From Struthio camelus (taxonomy: Eukaryota): 64,000 nucleotides of DNA. Both the position numbers and the translations under genes were made by a program. The DNA is taken from positions 853,853 to 917,852 of the forward strand of contig NC_090973.1 in the NCBI RefSeq assembly GCF_040807025.1. Direction: 5' to 3'. Of this stretch, positions 23,460 to 34,299 are shown in pieces. Every line of letters begins with the position of its first letter. Position 1 is the first letter of the stretch. Below the pieces are notes generated by a model. It was given only the letters and a program-made list of their open reading frames with translations. It ran no database searches and had not been told where the DNA came from.

Positions 23460-23493
23460 GGGCAGCCCGGACGCCTGGGCCCGCCGGGGCGCC

Positions 23494-23580
23494 ATGGAGG
23501 GGGGGACGGTGGCCGTCACCCCCTGGGACCTGGGCGTCATCGGGGGCTACTTCGGCCTCGTCATCGCCGTGGGGCTCTGG
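23494..23580 (+). CDS. SLC5A2: SLC5A2 (SGLT2) exon 1: MEGGTVAVTPWDLGVIGGYFGLVIAVGLW
   Basis: ATG at 23494, donor GTAGGG at 23581. Matches human SGLT2 ...ADILVIAAYFLLVIGVGLW. Confidence 0.8.
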
Positions 23581-23589
23581 GTAGGGCCG

Positions 23590-24720
23590 GGACCCCCCCC
23601 CAGGACCCCTAACTGCCCTCTGGGACCCCTAACTGCCCCCCTGGGACACCTAACTGCCCCTCTGGGACCCCTAACTGCCCCCCGGGACCCCTAACTACCC
23701 CTCTGGGACCCCTAACTGCCCCCCTGGGACACCTAACTGCCCCTCTGGGACCCCTAACTGCCCCCCAGGACCCCTAACTACCCCTCTGGGACCCATAACT
23801 GCCCTCTGGGACCCCTAACTGCCCCTCTGGGACCCCTAAGTGCCCTCCGGGATCCCTAACTGCCCCCCTGGGACCCCTAAGTGCTCCTCTGGGACCCATG
23901 ACTGCCCCCCGGGACCCATAACTGCCCTCTGGGACCCCTAACTGCCCTCCGGGACCCATAACTGCCCCTAGGACCCCTAACTGCCCCCTTGGGACCCCTA
24001 AGTGCCCTCTGGGACCCATAACTGCCCCTCTGGGACCCCTAACTGCCCCCTGGGACCCCTAAGTGCCCCTCTGGGACCTCTAAGTGCCCCCCGGACCCTT
24101 AATTGTTCCCCTGAACCCCCTAAGTGCCCCCTCTGGGACCCCTTACTGTACCCTGGGACCCCTAAGTGGCCCCCCTGGGACCGCTAAGTGCCCCCTGGGA
24201 CCCCTAGCTGCCCTCCGGGACCCATAACTGCCCCCCTGGGACCCCTAAGTGCTCCTCTGGGACCCCTAATTGTTCCCCTGGACCCCTAAGTGCCCCCTTG
24301 GGACCCATAGCTGCCCCTCTGGGACCCCTAACTGCCCACTGGGACCCCTAAGTGCCCCCTTGGACCCCGAATTTCCCCCTTGGGACCCTTAACTGCCCCC
24401 TTGGGACTTCTAACTACCCCCCCGGACCCCTAAGTGGCCCTCTGGACCCATAACTACCCCCTTGGAACCCCCAAATGCCCTCCCTGGGACCCCTAATTGC
24501 CCCCTCAGACCCATATCTGCCCTCCTGGACCCCTAAGTGCCCCCCTGGACTCATAACTGCACCTCTAGGACCCCTAACTGCCCCCCCTGCACCCCTACCT
24601 GCCCCCTCAACCCCAACTGCCCCTCTGGGACCACTAATTGCCCCCCCTGAGACCCATAACTGCCCCCCTTGGACCTAAAATTGCCCCCTTGGGACCCCTA
24701 AGTGCCCCTGTGGGTCCCCT
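23590..24720. repeat. 21-bp satellite (CTGGGACCCCTAACTGCCCCT)n
   Basis: SLC5A2 intron 1. Confidence 0.88.
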
Positions 24721-24789
24721 ATCTATCTCCCAACCCTTAACTGCCCCCCCAGGACCCCTCACTTCCTCCGAGGCCCCAACCTGCCCCCA

Positions 24790-25250
24790 GGGCTCCCAAC
24801 TACCCCATTGAGTGACCTAGAACGTCCTCCCATGACGTACCTAGACCCCCTCCCAGTCCCTCCAGGGGCACCTACGGCCCCCTGGGACCCCTACGACACC
24901 CCCTGAGACCCCCCCCGACCCCTCGGGCCCACCAAAGACCCCTACTGAGGGCCTGGCCCCATTGAGTGACCTAGAACGTCCCCTGTGATGTACCTAAACT
25001 CCTTCCTGCCCCTCCAGGGGCACCCACGGCCCCCTGGGACCCCCATGACACCCCCTGAGGCCCCCCCCCAAGACTCCCAGGGACCCGCCAACCACCTCGC
25101 AGACCCCCAGTGCCCCCGCAAGCCCAACTCCATTGACCGACCTAGAACATCCCCATGATGCACCTAGACCCCCATCCGGCTCCCAGGACCTCCCAGTACC
25201 CCCCAACCCACTCCAGGCACATCCCACAATGCCCCGGGGAGGGGGGGTGA
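24790..25250. repeat. ~150-bp repeat, about 3 copies (CATTGAGTGACCTAGAACGTCC...)
   Basis: SLC5A2 intron 1. Confidence 0.65.
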
Positions 25251-25306
25251 GGACACCTGGCCCCCATCCCAGCTTGTTTTTTTGGCCTCACTGCTCCCAC
25301 CCGCGG

Positions 25307-25322
25307 TTAATTATTACCCACA
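25307..25322 (+). promoter_or_regulatory. HNF1-like site GGTTAATTATTACCC in SLC5A2 intron 1, inside an AT-rich islet (25300-25400) that also carries GGTTAATGAG and CTAATTAG
   Basis: Matches the HNF1 consensus GTTAATNATTAAC at 12 of 13 positions. Lies about 190 bp upstream of exon 2. Confidence 0.4.
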
Positions 25323-25514
25323 ATGCCCCAGTCCAAGAGGGCAGCGGGGCTGGTAATGAGATCTAATTAGCAGGGGGCAGAGGAGGGGGCCGGTGCGCAC
25401 GGGGTTAATGAGTGACTGTCCCAGCCGGGGAGGGAGGGGGCACACTGGGAGCACTGGGGAGCCCATACTGGGCGCACTGGTGGCCCCGGACTGGGAGCAC
25501 TGGTGGCCCCGCAG

Positions 25515-25586
25515 TCGCTGCGCCGGGGGAACCGCAGCACCGTCAGCGGGTACTTCCTGGCTGGCAGGAACATGGCGTGGGGGCCG
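25515..25586 (+). CDS. SLC5A2: SLC5A2 exon 2: SLRRGNRSTVSGYFLAGRNMAWGP
   Basis: Acceptor ccccgcag, donor GTGAGT. Sodium:solute symporter signature RGTVGGYFLAGRSMVWWP. 72 bp, phase 0. Confidence 0.9.
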
Positions 25587-25589
25587 GTG

Positions 25590-26650
25590 AGTGAGGGGGG
25601 ACGTGGGGGGACACGGAGGACTTGGAGGAACATGGAGGACATGAGGGACACGGGGGGACACGGGGGGACATGGGGGACCTGGAGGGACCTGGAGGGACTT
25701 GGAGAACATGGGGGACATGGGGGACATGGGAGGACGTGGGGGCATGGCAGGACATGGAGGGACATGGGACATGGGGGACATGAAGGACGTGGGAGGACAT
25801 GGAGGGACATGGGGGACATGGGGGGACACGGGGGGACATGGTGGGTCATGGCAGGACATGGAGAACATGGGGGACATGGAGGAACGTGGGGGGACATGGA
25901 GGGACATGGAGGGACATGGGGGGTCATGGGGGACTTGGGGGGACATGGGGGGACATGGAGGGACATGGGGGGACATGGAGGGACATTGGGGACATGGGGG
26001 ACATAGGGGACATGGGGGGACGTGGGGGGACGTGGGGGGACGTGGGGGGACATGGGGGACATGAAGGGACATGGGGGGACATGGGGGGACATGGAGGGAC
26101 ATGAGGAGACATGGAGGGACATGGGGGTCATGGAGGACATGGGGGGACATGGAGGACATGGAGGGACATGGGGGGACATGGAGGGACATGGGGGGACATG
26201 GGGGGACATGGAGGGACATGGAGGACATGGGGGGACATGGGGGGACATGGGGGACATGGGGGACATGGAGGGAGATGGAGGGACATGGGGGACATGGAGG
26301 GACATTGGGGACATGGGGGGACATGGGGGTCATGGAGGACATGGAGGACATGGGGGGACATGGAGGACATGGAGGGACATGGAGGGACATGAAGGACTTG
26401 GGGGGACATTGGGGACACGGGGGGACATGGAGGGACATGGGGGGACAAGGGGGACATGGGGGGACATGGGGGGACAAGGGGGACCTGGAGGGTCATGGAC
26501 GGACCTGGAGGGACATGGAGGAACATGGTGGGACATGGTGGGTCATGGAGAACATGGACAACATGGGGGACATGGAGGAACATGAGGGGACATGGAGGGA
26601 CATGGTGGGACATAGGAGACATGGAGGGACCTGGAGTGACCTTGGTGTCC
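25590..26650. repeat. 10-bp microsatellite (GGGGACATGG)n
   Basis: SLC5A2 intron 2. Confidence 0.85.
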
Positions 26651-26691
26651 CCCTGTCCTCCCGGTGTCCCCCCGCGGTGTCCCTGGGGCAG

Positions 26692-26796
26692 GTCGGCGCC
26701 TCGCTCTTCGCCAGCAACATCGGCTCAGGGCACTTCGTGGGGCTGGCGGGGACCGGGGCGGCCGGCGGCATCGCCGTCGGGGGCTTCGAGTGGAAC
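26692..26796 (+). CDS. SLC5A2: SLC5A2 exon 3: [35 protein letters not shown]
   Basis: Near-identical to the human SGLT1/2 exon 3 ([26 protein letters not shown]...GFEWN). 105 bp. cag|gtc acceptor, GTGAGT donor. Confidence 0.92.
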
Positions 26797-26809
26797 GTGA
26801 GTCTCCAAA

Positions 26810-27840
26810 TACCCCCAAAGACCCCCAACATACCCCCAATACCCACCGATACCCCCCAAGTACCCCCAGATACCATCCCAATACCCCCAGATACTCCTGA
26901 TACCCCCAAGTACCCCTAGATACCACCCCAATACCCCCAGATACCCCTGATACCCACCAAGTACCCCTAGATACCATCCCAATACCCCCAGATACCCCTG
27001 ATACCCACCAAGTACCCCCAGATACCACCCCAATACCTCCAGATACCCCTGATACCCACCAAGTTCCCCCAGATACCATTCCAATACCCCCAGATACCCC
27101 TGATACCCACCAAGTACCCCCAGATACCACCCCAATACCTCCAAATACCCCTGATACCCACCAAGTACCCCCAGATACCATTCCAATACCCCCAGATACC
27201 CCTGATACCCAATGATACCCCCAAGTACCCCCAAATACCCCTCGAATACCCCTAAATACCCCGAGACCCACTAATACCACCCAGGTACCCCCAGATACCA
27301 CCCCAATACCCCCCAAATACCCCTGATACCCACCGATACCCCCAGATACCACCCCAATACCCCCCAAATACCCCTGATACCCAATGACACCCCCAAGCAC
27401 CCCCCAAATGCCCCTCAAATACCCCCAGCACACCCAACATACCCCTAATACCCACTAATACCTCCCAGATGCCACCCGAATACCCCCAAATACCCCGATA
27501 CACCTCAAATACCCCCAAATACCCCCAATACCCTCAAAGTAGCCCTAGATACCCCTCAAATACCCCCAATACCCACCGGTATCCCCAAGTACCCCCATGA
27601 TACCACCCCGATACCCCCAGATACCCCCAAACACCCCCAAACACCCCCAATACCCTCCAAGTACCCCCAGATCTACCCCCAATACCCCAAAATGCCCCAC
27701 CGATACCCAAATACCTGTCCTGAGACCCCCAAACACCCCTGCTCCAACCCCAAATACCCTCCATAGCCCCGCCCCTGCCCCAAGCCCCACCCCCAGCTCT
27801 TTGCCCCACCCCCTTGACCTCTGTGACCCCCTTCCCCCCA
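26810..27840. repeat. Repeat family GATACCCCCAAGTACCCCCAGATACCACCCCAATACC
   Basis: SLC5A2 intron 3. Confidence 0.8.
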
Positions 27841-27848
27841 CCCTCCAG

Positions 27849-27908
27849 GCCATGTTCATCGTCCTGCTCCTGGGCTGGGTCTTCGTCCCCATCTACCTCA
27901 ACGCTGGG
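27849..27908 (+). CDS. SLC5A2: SLC5A2 exon 4: AMFIVLLLGWVFVPIYLNAG
   Basis: Matches [20 protein letters not shown]. ccctccag acceptor, GTGAGC donor. Confidence 0.9.
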
Positions 27909-27914
27909 GTGAGC

Positions 27915-28400
27915 CGGACGCCTGGGCCCCTGGCGTGGGGGGCACCCGGACACCTGGGTCCCATGGAGGGGACACCTGGATGCCTGGGTCCCTTGTAGGG
28001 GACACCCGGACACCTGGGCCCCCTGGAGTGGGGAGCACCTGGACACCCGGGTCCCTTGGAGGGAGCACCCGGACACCTGGGTCCGATGGAGGGGACACCC
28101 GGACGCCTGGGCCCCCTGGAGTGGGGAGCACCTGGATGCCTGGGTCCCTTGGAGGGGGCACCTGGGTCCCATGGAGGGGGCACCCGGACGCCTGGGTCCC
28201 ATGGAGGGGACACCCGGACGCCTGGGCCCCCTGGAGTGGGGAGCACCCGGACACTTGGGTGCCATGGAGGGGACTCCTGGAAGCCTGGGTCCCCTTGGGG
28301 AATGGGAGCACCTGGTCACCAGGTGAGGTGGGGGGGGTGGGTGCCATGGAGGAGGCGGTGCTGGAGGTGGGAGGGCGGGGTGACCACCCGGACGCCTGGG
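27915..28400. repeat. CCGGACRCCTGGGYCCC-core array (C-strand on plus)
   Basis: SLC5A2 intron 4. Confidence 0.8.
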
Positions 28401-28410
28401 TCCCTTGCAG

Positions 28411-28515
28411 GTGATGACCATGCCCGAGTACCTGCGGAAGCGCTTCGGGGGGAGCCGCATCCAGCTCTACCTGTCGCTGCTCTCGCTGCTGCTCTACATC
28501 TCCACCAAGATCTCG
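28411..28515 (+). CDS. SLC5A2: SLC5A2 exon 5: [35 protein letters not shown]
   Basis: Matches [35 protein letters not shown]. cccttgcag acceptor, GTACCT donor. 105 bp. Confidence 0.92.
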
Positions 28516-28529
28516 GTACCTCACCGCAG

Positions 28530-29360
28530 GGGGGCCTATAGGGGCTGGAGGGGTTCCTATAAGGCCTGGGCCCCCCCATGGGGACTGGAGGTCCTTAGGG
28601 TGCTCCTCATGGGGTCTGGAGGTCCTCTATGGGGTCTGGAGGTCCTTGGGATGCTCCTCATGGGGTCTGGAGGTCCTCTAAGGGGACTGGAGGTCCTTGG
28701 GGTGATGTCCTCATGGGGTCTGGAGGTCCTCTATGGGGACTGGAGGTCCTTGTGGTGATGTCCTCATGGGGTCTGGAGGTCCTCTATGGGGACTGGAGGT
28801 CCTTGTGGTGATGTCCTCATGGGGTCTGGAGGTCCTCTATGGGGTCTGGAGGTCCTTGGGATGCTCCTCATGGGGTCTGGAGGTCCTCTATGGGGACTGG
28901 AGGTCCTTGGGGTGATCTCCTCATGAGGTCTGGAGGTCCTCTATGGGGACTGGAGGTCCTTGGGGTGATGTCCTCATGGGGTCTGGAGGTCCTCTATGGG
29001 GACTGGAGGTCCTTGGGATGCTCCTCATGGGGTCTGGAGGTCCTCTATGGGGTCTGAAGGTCCTTGGGGTGATCTCCTATGGGGTCTGAGTGGGCCCTAT
29101 GGGGTCTAGGGGGGTGCCATAGTGGGCCTGGGGAACTCCTATGGAGTCTGGAGGTCCTTGGGGGATCTCTTATGGGGTCTGAGAGAGTTTTATGGTCTCT
29201 GGAGGTCCTTGGGGTGATCTCCTATGGCATCTGGGGGAGCTCTATGGGATCTTAGGTTCTCCTGTGGCATCTAGAGGTGCTTAGGTATTCTTTATGGGGT
29301 CTGAGAAGGGTCTATGGGGTCTGCAGGTGCTTGAGGTAGTCCCTATGGGGTCTGCAGGTC
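28530..29360. repeat. ~52-bp repeat (GGGGTCTGGAGGTCCTCTATGGGGACTGGAGGTCCTTGGGGTGATGTCCTCAT)
   Basis: SLC5A2 intron 5. Confidence 0.85.
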
Positions 29361-29684
29361 CTCCATGGGGTCTGCAGGTCCTTGGGGTGTTGCTCCTCAT
29401 GGGGCCTGGAGATCTTCTATGGGGGTCTGGAGGTCCTTGAGGTCCCCTATGGGGTCTGAGGGTCTACTATGGGATCTGGAGGTCCTTGAAGTGTTCCCCC
29501 ATGGGGTCTGGAGATACTTGAGGTGCTCCTCATGGGGTCTGAAGATCTTCTATGGGGTCTGCAGGTCCTTGGGGTGCTCCCCATGAGGCCCGTGAGGTCC
29601 CTATGGGGCACAGGGGTGCTGGGGGGGGGGAGGCTCCATCGCCTCCCAACCCCCAACACCGCCACCCCCCTCCAACACCCCTAG

Positions 29685-29790
29685 GTCGACATGTACTCGG
29701 GGGCCCTCTTCATCCAGGAGGCGCTGGGCTGGGACCTCTACGTCTCCGTGGGGGCCCTGCTGGGAGTCACCGCCGTCTACACTGTCACTG
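29685..29790 (+). CDS. SLC5A2: SLC5A2 exon 6: [35 protein letters not shown]+g
   Basis: Matches SGLT2 [36 protein letters not shown]. Acceptor cccctag, donor GTAGGG. Confidence 0.9.
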
Positions 29791-29874
29791 GTAGGGCTGG
29801 GCCAGGAGGGGGCGGAGCAAAAGGAGGTGTGGGGGGAAGGGGGCGGAGCTGAGTGACCTGGGCGGGGCCCGCAG

Positions 29875-29955
29875 GGGGCCTGGCGGCGCTGATGTACGCG
29901 GACGTGGTGCAGACCTTCATCATCCTCACCGGAGCCTCTGTCCTCGCTGGCTACG
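29875..29955 (+). CDS. SLC5A2: SLC5A2 exon 7: (G)GLAALMYADVVQTFIILTGASVLAGY+g
   Basis: Matches [26 protein letters not shown]. cccgcag acceptor, GTGGGA donor. Confidence 0.88.
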
Positions 29956-29959
29956 GTGG

Positions 29960-32460
29960 GACTGGGAGGGCGCTGGGAGGGCGCTGGGAGGGCGCTGGGA
30001 GGGATTGGGAGGGCACTGGGGGGACACTGGGACGCACAGGGAGAGACAGGGAGGGCACTGGTGGGCAGTGGGAGGCACTAGGAGGGACTGGGAGGGCACT
30101 GGTGAGCATTGGGAGGCACTGGGAGGGACTAGGAGGGCACTGGTGGGCACTGGGAGGACACTAGGGACGCTGGGAGACACTAGGAGGGACTGGGAGGACA
30201 CTAGGGGCACTGGGAGGCACTGGGAGGAACTAGGAGGGCACTGGGAGGGGCTGGGAGGGAGCGAGAGCACTGGAGGGGAAAATGGAAGGCCACTGGAGTG
30301 GCACTGGGAGGCCCCAGGAGGTACTGGGGGCACTGGGAGGCACTGGGAGACCTCGGGAGTCACTAGGAGCACTGGGAGGTCCCAGGAGGCACTGGAAGAT
30401 ACTGGGAGGCCCTGGGAGGCACTGGGAGCACTGGGAGGTCCTAAGAAGCACTGGGAGGTCCTGGGAGGCACTGGGAGCACTGGGAGGTCCCAGGAAGCAC
30501 TGGGAGGTTCTGGGAGGCCTTGGGAGGCACTGGGAGCCGCTGGAAGCGCTGGGAACACTGGGCAGCCCTAGGAGTCACTGGGAGACACTGGAAAGTGCTG
30601 GGAGTGCCAGGTGGCCCTGGGAGGCACTGGGAGGCACTGGGACGCAATGGGAGGCACTGGGAGGCACTGGGAGTGCTGGGAGGCACCAGGAGGCACTGGG
30701 AGTACTGGGCGGCCCTGGGAGGCACTGGGAGTGCTGGGTGACACTGGGAGGCACTAGGAGCACCAGGAAGCCAAGGGAGGCACTGGGAAGCAATGGGAGG
30801 CACTGGGAGGGGACTGGGAGGCACTGGGAAGCAATGGGAGGCACTGGAAGCACTGGGAGGCAATGGGAGGCACCGGGAAGCACTGGAAGCACTGGGAGGC
30901 CCTGGGAGGCCCAGGGAGGTACTGGGAAGCACTGGGAAGCACTGGGAGGTACTGGGAAGCAATGGGAGGTACTGGGAGATGCCGGGAGGTACTGGGAAGC
31001 ACTGGGAGGCACCGGGAAGCGCTGGGAGGCACTGGGAGGCACCGGGAAGCACTGGGAGGCACTGGGAGGTACTGGGAGGCACTGGGAGGTACTGGGAAGC
31101 AATGGGAGGTACTGGGAGATGCCGGGAGGTACTGGGAAGCACTGGGAGGCAATGGGAGGCACCGGGAAGCACTGGGAGGCACTGGGAGGTACTGGGAAGC
31201 AATGGGAGGCACTGGAAGCCCTGGGAGGCACTAGGAGGCACTGGGAGGCACCGGGAGGCACCGGGAAGCACTGGGAGGCACTGGGAAGCAATGGGAGGCA
31301 CTGGAAGCACTGGGAGGCAATGGGAGGCACCGGGAAGCACTGGAAGCACTGGGAGGCCCTGGGAGGCCCAGGGAGGTACTGGGAAGCACTGGGAAGCACT
31401 GGGAGGTACTGGGAAGCAATGGGAGGTACTGGGAGATGCCGGGAGGTACTGGGAAGCACTGGGAGGCACTGGGAGGCACCGGGAAGCGCTGGGAGGCACT
31501 GGGAGGCACCGGGAAGCACTGGAAGCACTGGGAGGCCCTGGGAGGCCCAGGGAGGTACTGGGAAGCACTGGGAAGCACTGGGAGGTACTGGGAAGCAATG
31601 GGAGGTACTGGGAGATGCCGGGAGGTACTGGGAAGCACTGGGAGGCACTGGGAGGCACCGGGAAGCGCTGGGAGGCACTGGGAGGCACCGGGAAGCACTG
31701 GGAGGCACTGGGAGGTACTGGGAGGCACTGGGAGGTACTGGGAAGCAATGGGAGGTACTGGGAGATGCCGGGAGGTACTGGGAAGCACTGGGAGGCAATG
31801 GGAGGCACCGGGAAGCACTGGGAGGCACTGGGAGGTACTGGGAAGCAATGGGAGGCACTGGAAGCCCTGGGAGGCACTAGGAGGCACTGGGAGGCACCGG
31901 GAGGCACCGGGAAGCACTGGGAGGCACTGGGAAGCAATGGGAGGCACTGGAAGCACGGGGAGGCAATGGGAGGCACTGGGAAGCACTGGAAGCACTGGGA
32001 GGCCCAGGGAGGTACTGGGAAGCACTGGGAAGCACCGGGAGGTACTGGGAAGCAATGGGAGGTACTGGGAGATGCCGGAAGGTACTGAGAAGCACTGGGA
32101 GGCACCGGGAGGCACCGGGAAGCACTGGGAGGCACTGGGAGGTACTGGGAGGCACTGGGAGGTACTGGGAAGCAATGGGAGGTACTGGGAGATGCCAGGA
32201 GGTACTGGGAAGCACTGGGAGGCACCGGGAGGCACCGGGAAGCACTGGGAGGTACTGGGAAGCAATGGGAGGCACTGGAAGCCCTGGGAGGCACTAGGAG
32301 GCACTGGGAGGTACTGGGAGACCTGGGAAGCACTGGGAGGCCTTGGGAGGCACCGGGAGGCACTGGGAAGCAATGGGAGGCACTGGGAGGCACTGGGAGG
32401 TACTGGGAGACCTGGGAGGCACTGGGAGGCACTGGGAGCACTGGGAGGCACTGGGAGCCC
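29960..32460. repeat. 2.5-kb array of the CACTGGGAGG 7/21-bp family with a higher-order period
   Basis: SLC5A2 intron 7. Confidence 0.88.
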
Positions 32461-32520
32461 CCCGGACGGCCCTGGGCGCTGCTATAATGGCGCGTCGTGG
32501 TGCCGCCCGGGGGGACGCAG

Positions 32521-32720
32521 CGCTGAGCGCCGTGGGGGGCTACGGGGGGCTGCGGCAGCGCTACCCGCTGGCCCTGGCCCCCAACGCCACGGGACCCTGC
32601 GCCCGGCCCCGGCCCGACGCCTTCCACCTCCTGCGGCCCCCCGGCACCGGCGACCTGCCCTGGCCCGGCCTCCTCCTCGGCCTCGCCATCGTCTCCGCCT
32701 GGTACTGGTGCACCGACCAG
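32521..32720 (+). CDS. SLC5A2: SLC5A2 exon 8: (A)[66 protein letters not shown]
   Basis: Gap-free alignment to AFHEVGGYSGLFDKY...[42 protein letters not shown]. Acceptor gacgcag, donor GTGGGA. Confidence 0.85.
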
Positions 32721-32729
32721 GTGGGACTG

Positions 32730-34080
32730 GGGGCGCTGGGAGGGCGCTGGGAGGGTGCTGGGGGGGCACTGGGAGGTGCTGGGGGGGCACTGGGAGGGGA
32801 CTGGGAGGTGCTGGAGGTGCTGGGAGGTGCTGGGAGGGCACTGGAAGGGGATTGGGGGGATTGGGAGTGCTGGGAGGGGACTGGGAGGTGCTGGGAGGGT
32901 ACTGGGAGGGGACTAGGAGAGGACTGGGAGGCACTAGGAGGTGCTGGGAGGAGACTGGGAGGCACTGGGGGGCACTAGAAGGCACTGGGAGGGCACTGGG
33001 AGGGGACTGGGGGGGACTGGGTGGTGCTGGGAGGGGACTGGGTGGTGCTGGGAGGTGCTGGGACAAGACTGGGAGGTACTGGGGGGTGCTGGGAGGGGAC
33101 TGGGGAGATTGGGGGTGCTGGGAGAGGTCTGGGAGGTGCTGGGAGAGGACTGAGAGGTGCTGGGGGGCACTGGGAGGTGCTGAGACAGCACTGGGAGGGG
33201 ACTGGGGGGGATTGGGGGTGCTGGGAGGGGACTGGGAGGCACTGGGGGGCACTGGGAGGTGCTGAGACGGCACTGGGAGGGGACTGGGGGGGATTGGGGG
33301 CACTGGGAGGGGACTGGGAGGCACTAGAGGGTGCTAGGAGGGGACTGGAAGGTGGTGGGGGGCACTGGGAGGGGACTGGGAGGCACTAGGAGGTGCTGGG
33401 AGAGGACTGGGAGGCACTAGGGGGTGCTAGGAGGGGACTGGGAGGCACTAGGGGGTGCTAGGAGGGGACTGGGAGGTGGTGGGGGGCACTGGGAGGGGAC
33501 TGGGAGGCACTAGGAGGTGCTAGGAGGGGACTGGGAGGTGCTGGGGGGCACTGGGAGATGCTGGGAGGGGATTGGGAGGGGACTGCAGGGGATTGGGGGT
33601 GCTGGGAGGGTGCTGGGAGGGGACTGGGAGGCACTGGGGGGCACTGGGAGGGGATTGGGCATGCTGGGAGGGAACTGGGGCAGTGGGAGGCACTGGGGGC
33701 ACTGGAAGGGGACTGAGAGGGGACTGGGAGGGGACTGGGGGGTGCTTTGAGGTACTAGGAGGGGATTGGGAGTGCTGAGAGGGGACTGGGAGGGGACTGG
33801 GAAGGAACTGGGAGGCAGTGGGAGGGTGCTGGGAGGGGACTGGGGGTGCTGGGAGGCACTGGGAGAGAACTAGGAGGTGACTGGGGGGCACTAGGTGGGG
33901 ACTGGGAGGCACTGGGAGGGGATTGGGAGGGGACTGGGGATCCTGGAAAGGAACTGGGAGGGGTTTGGGGGGCACTGGGAGGCACTAGGAGGGGACTGGG
34001 GCTGCTGGGGGCTGCTGAGAGGGGACTGGGAGGGGACTGGGAGGGGACTGGGAGGGGACTGGAGTGTACTGGGAGGCACT
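32730..34080. repeat. (GGGAGGGGACTGGGAGGTGCT)n, a family related to the previous entry
   Basis: SLC5A2 intron 8. Confidence 0.85.
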
Positions 34081-34139
34081 GGGAGGCACTGGGGGACATG
34101 GCAGCAGCGACGCAGCCCTGAGCCCGGCCCCGGCGCCAG

Positions 34140-34275
34140 GTGATCGTGCAGCGGTGCCTGGCCGGGCGGTCGCTGACCCACGTCCGGGGCGGCTGCATCC
34201 TCTGTGGCTACCTCAAAGTGCTGCCCATGTTCCTCATGGTGCTGCCCGGCATGGCCGCCCGCGTCCTCTTCCCCG
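34140..34275 (+). CDS. SLC5A2: SLC5A2 exon 9: [45 protein letters not shown]+g
   Basis: SGLT2-specific match ([45 protein letters not shown]). Acceptor cgccag, donor GTGAGC. Confidence 0.92.
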
Positions 34276-34299
34276 GTGAGCCCCCCGCCACGCCCCACG

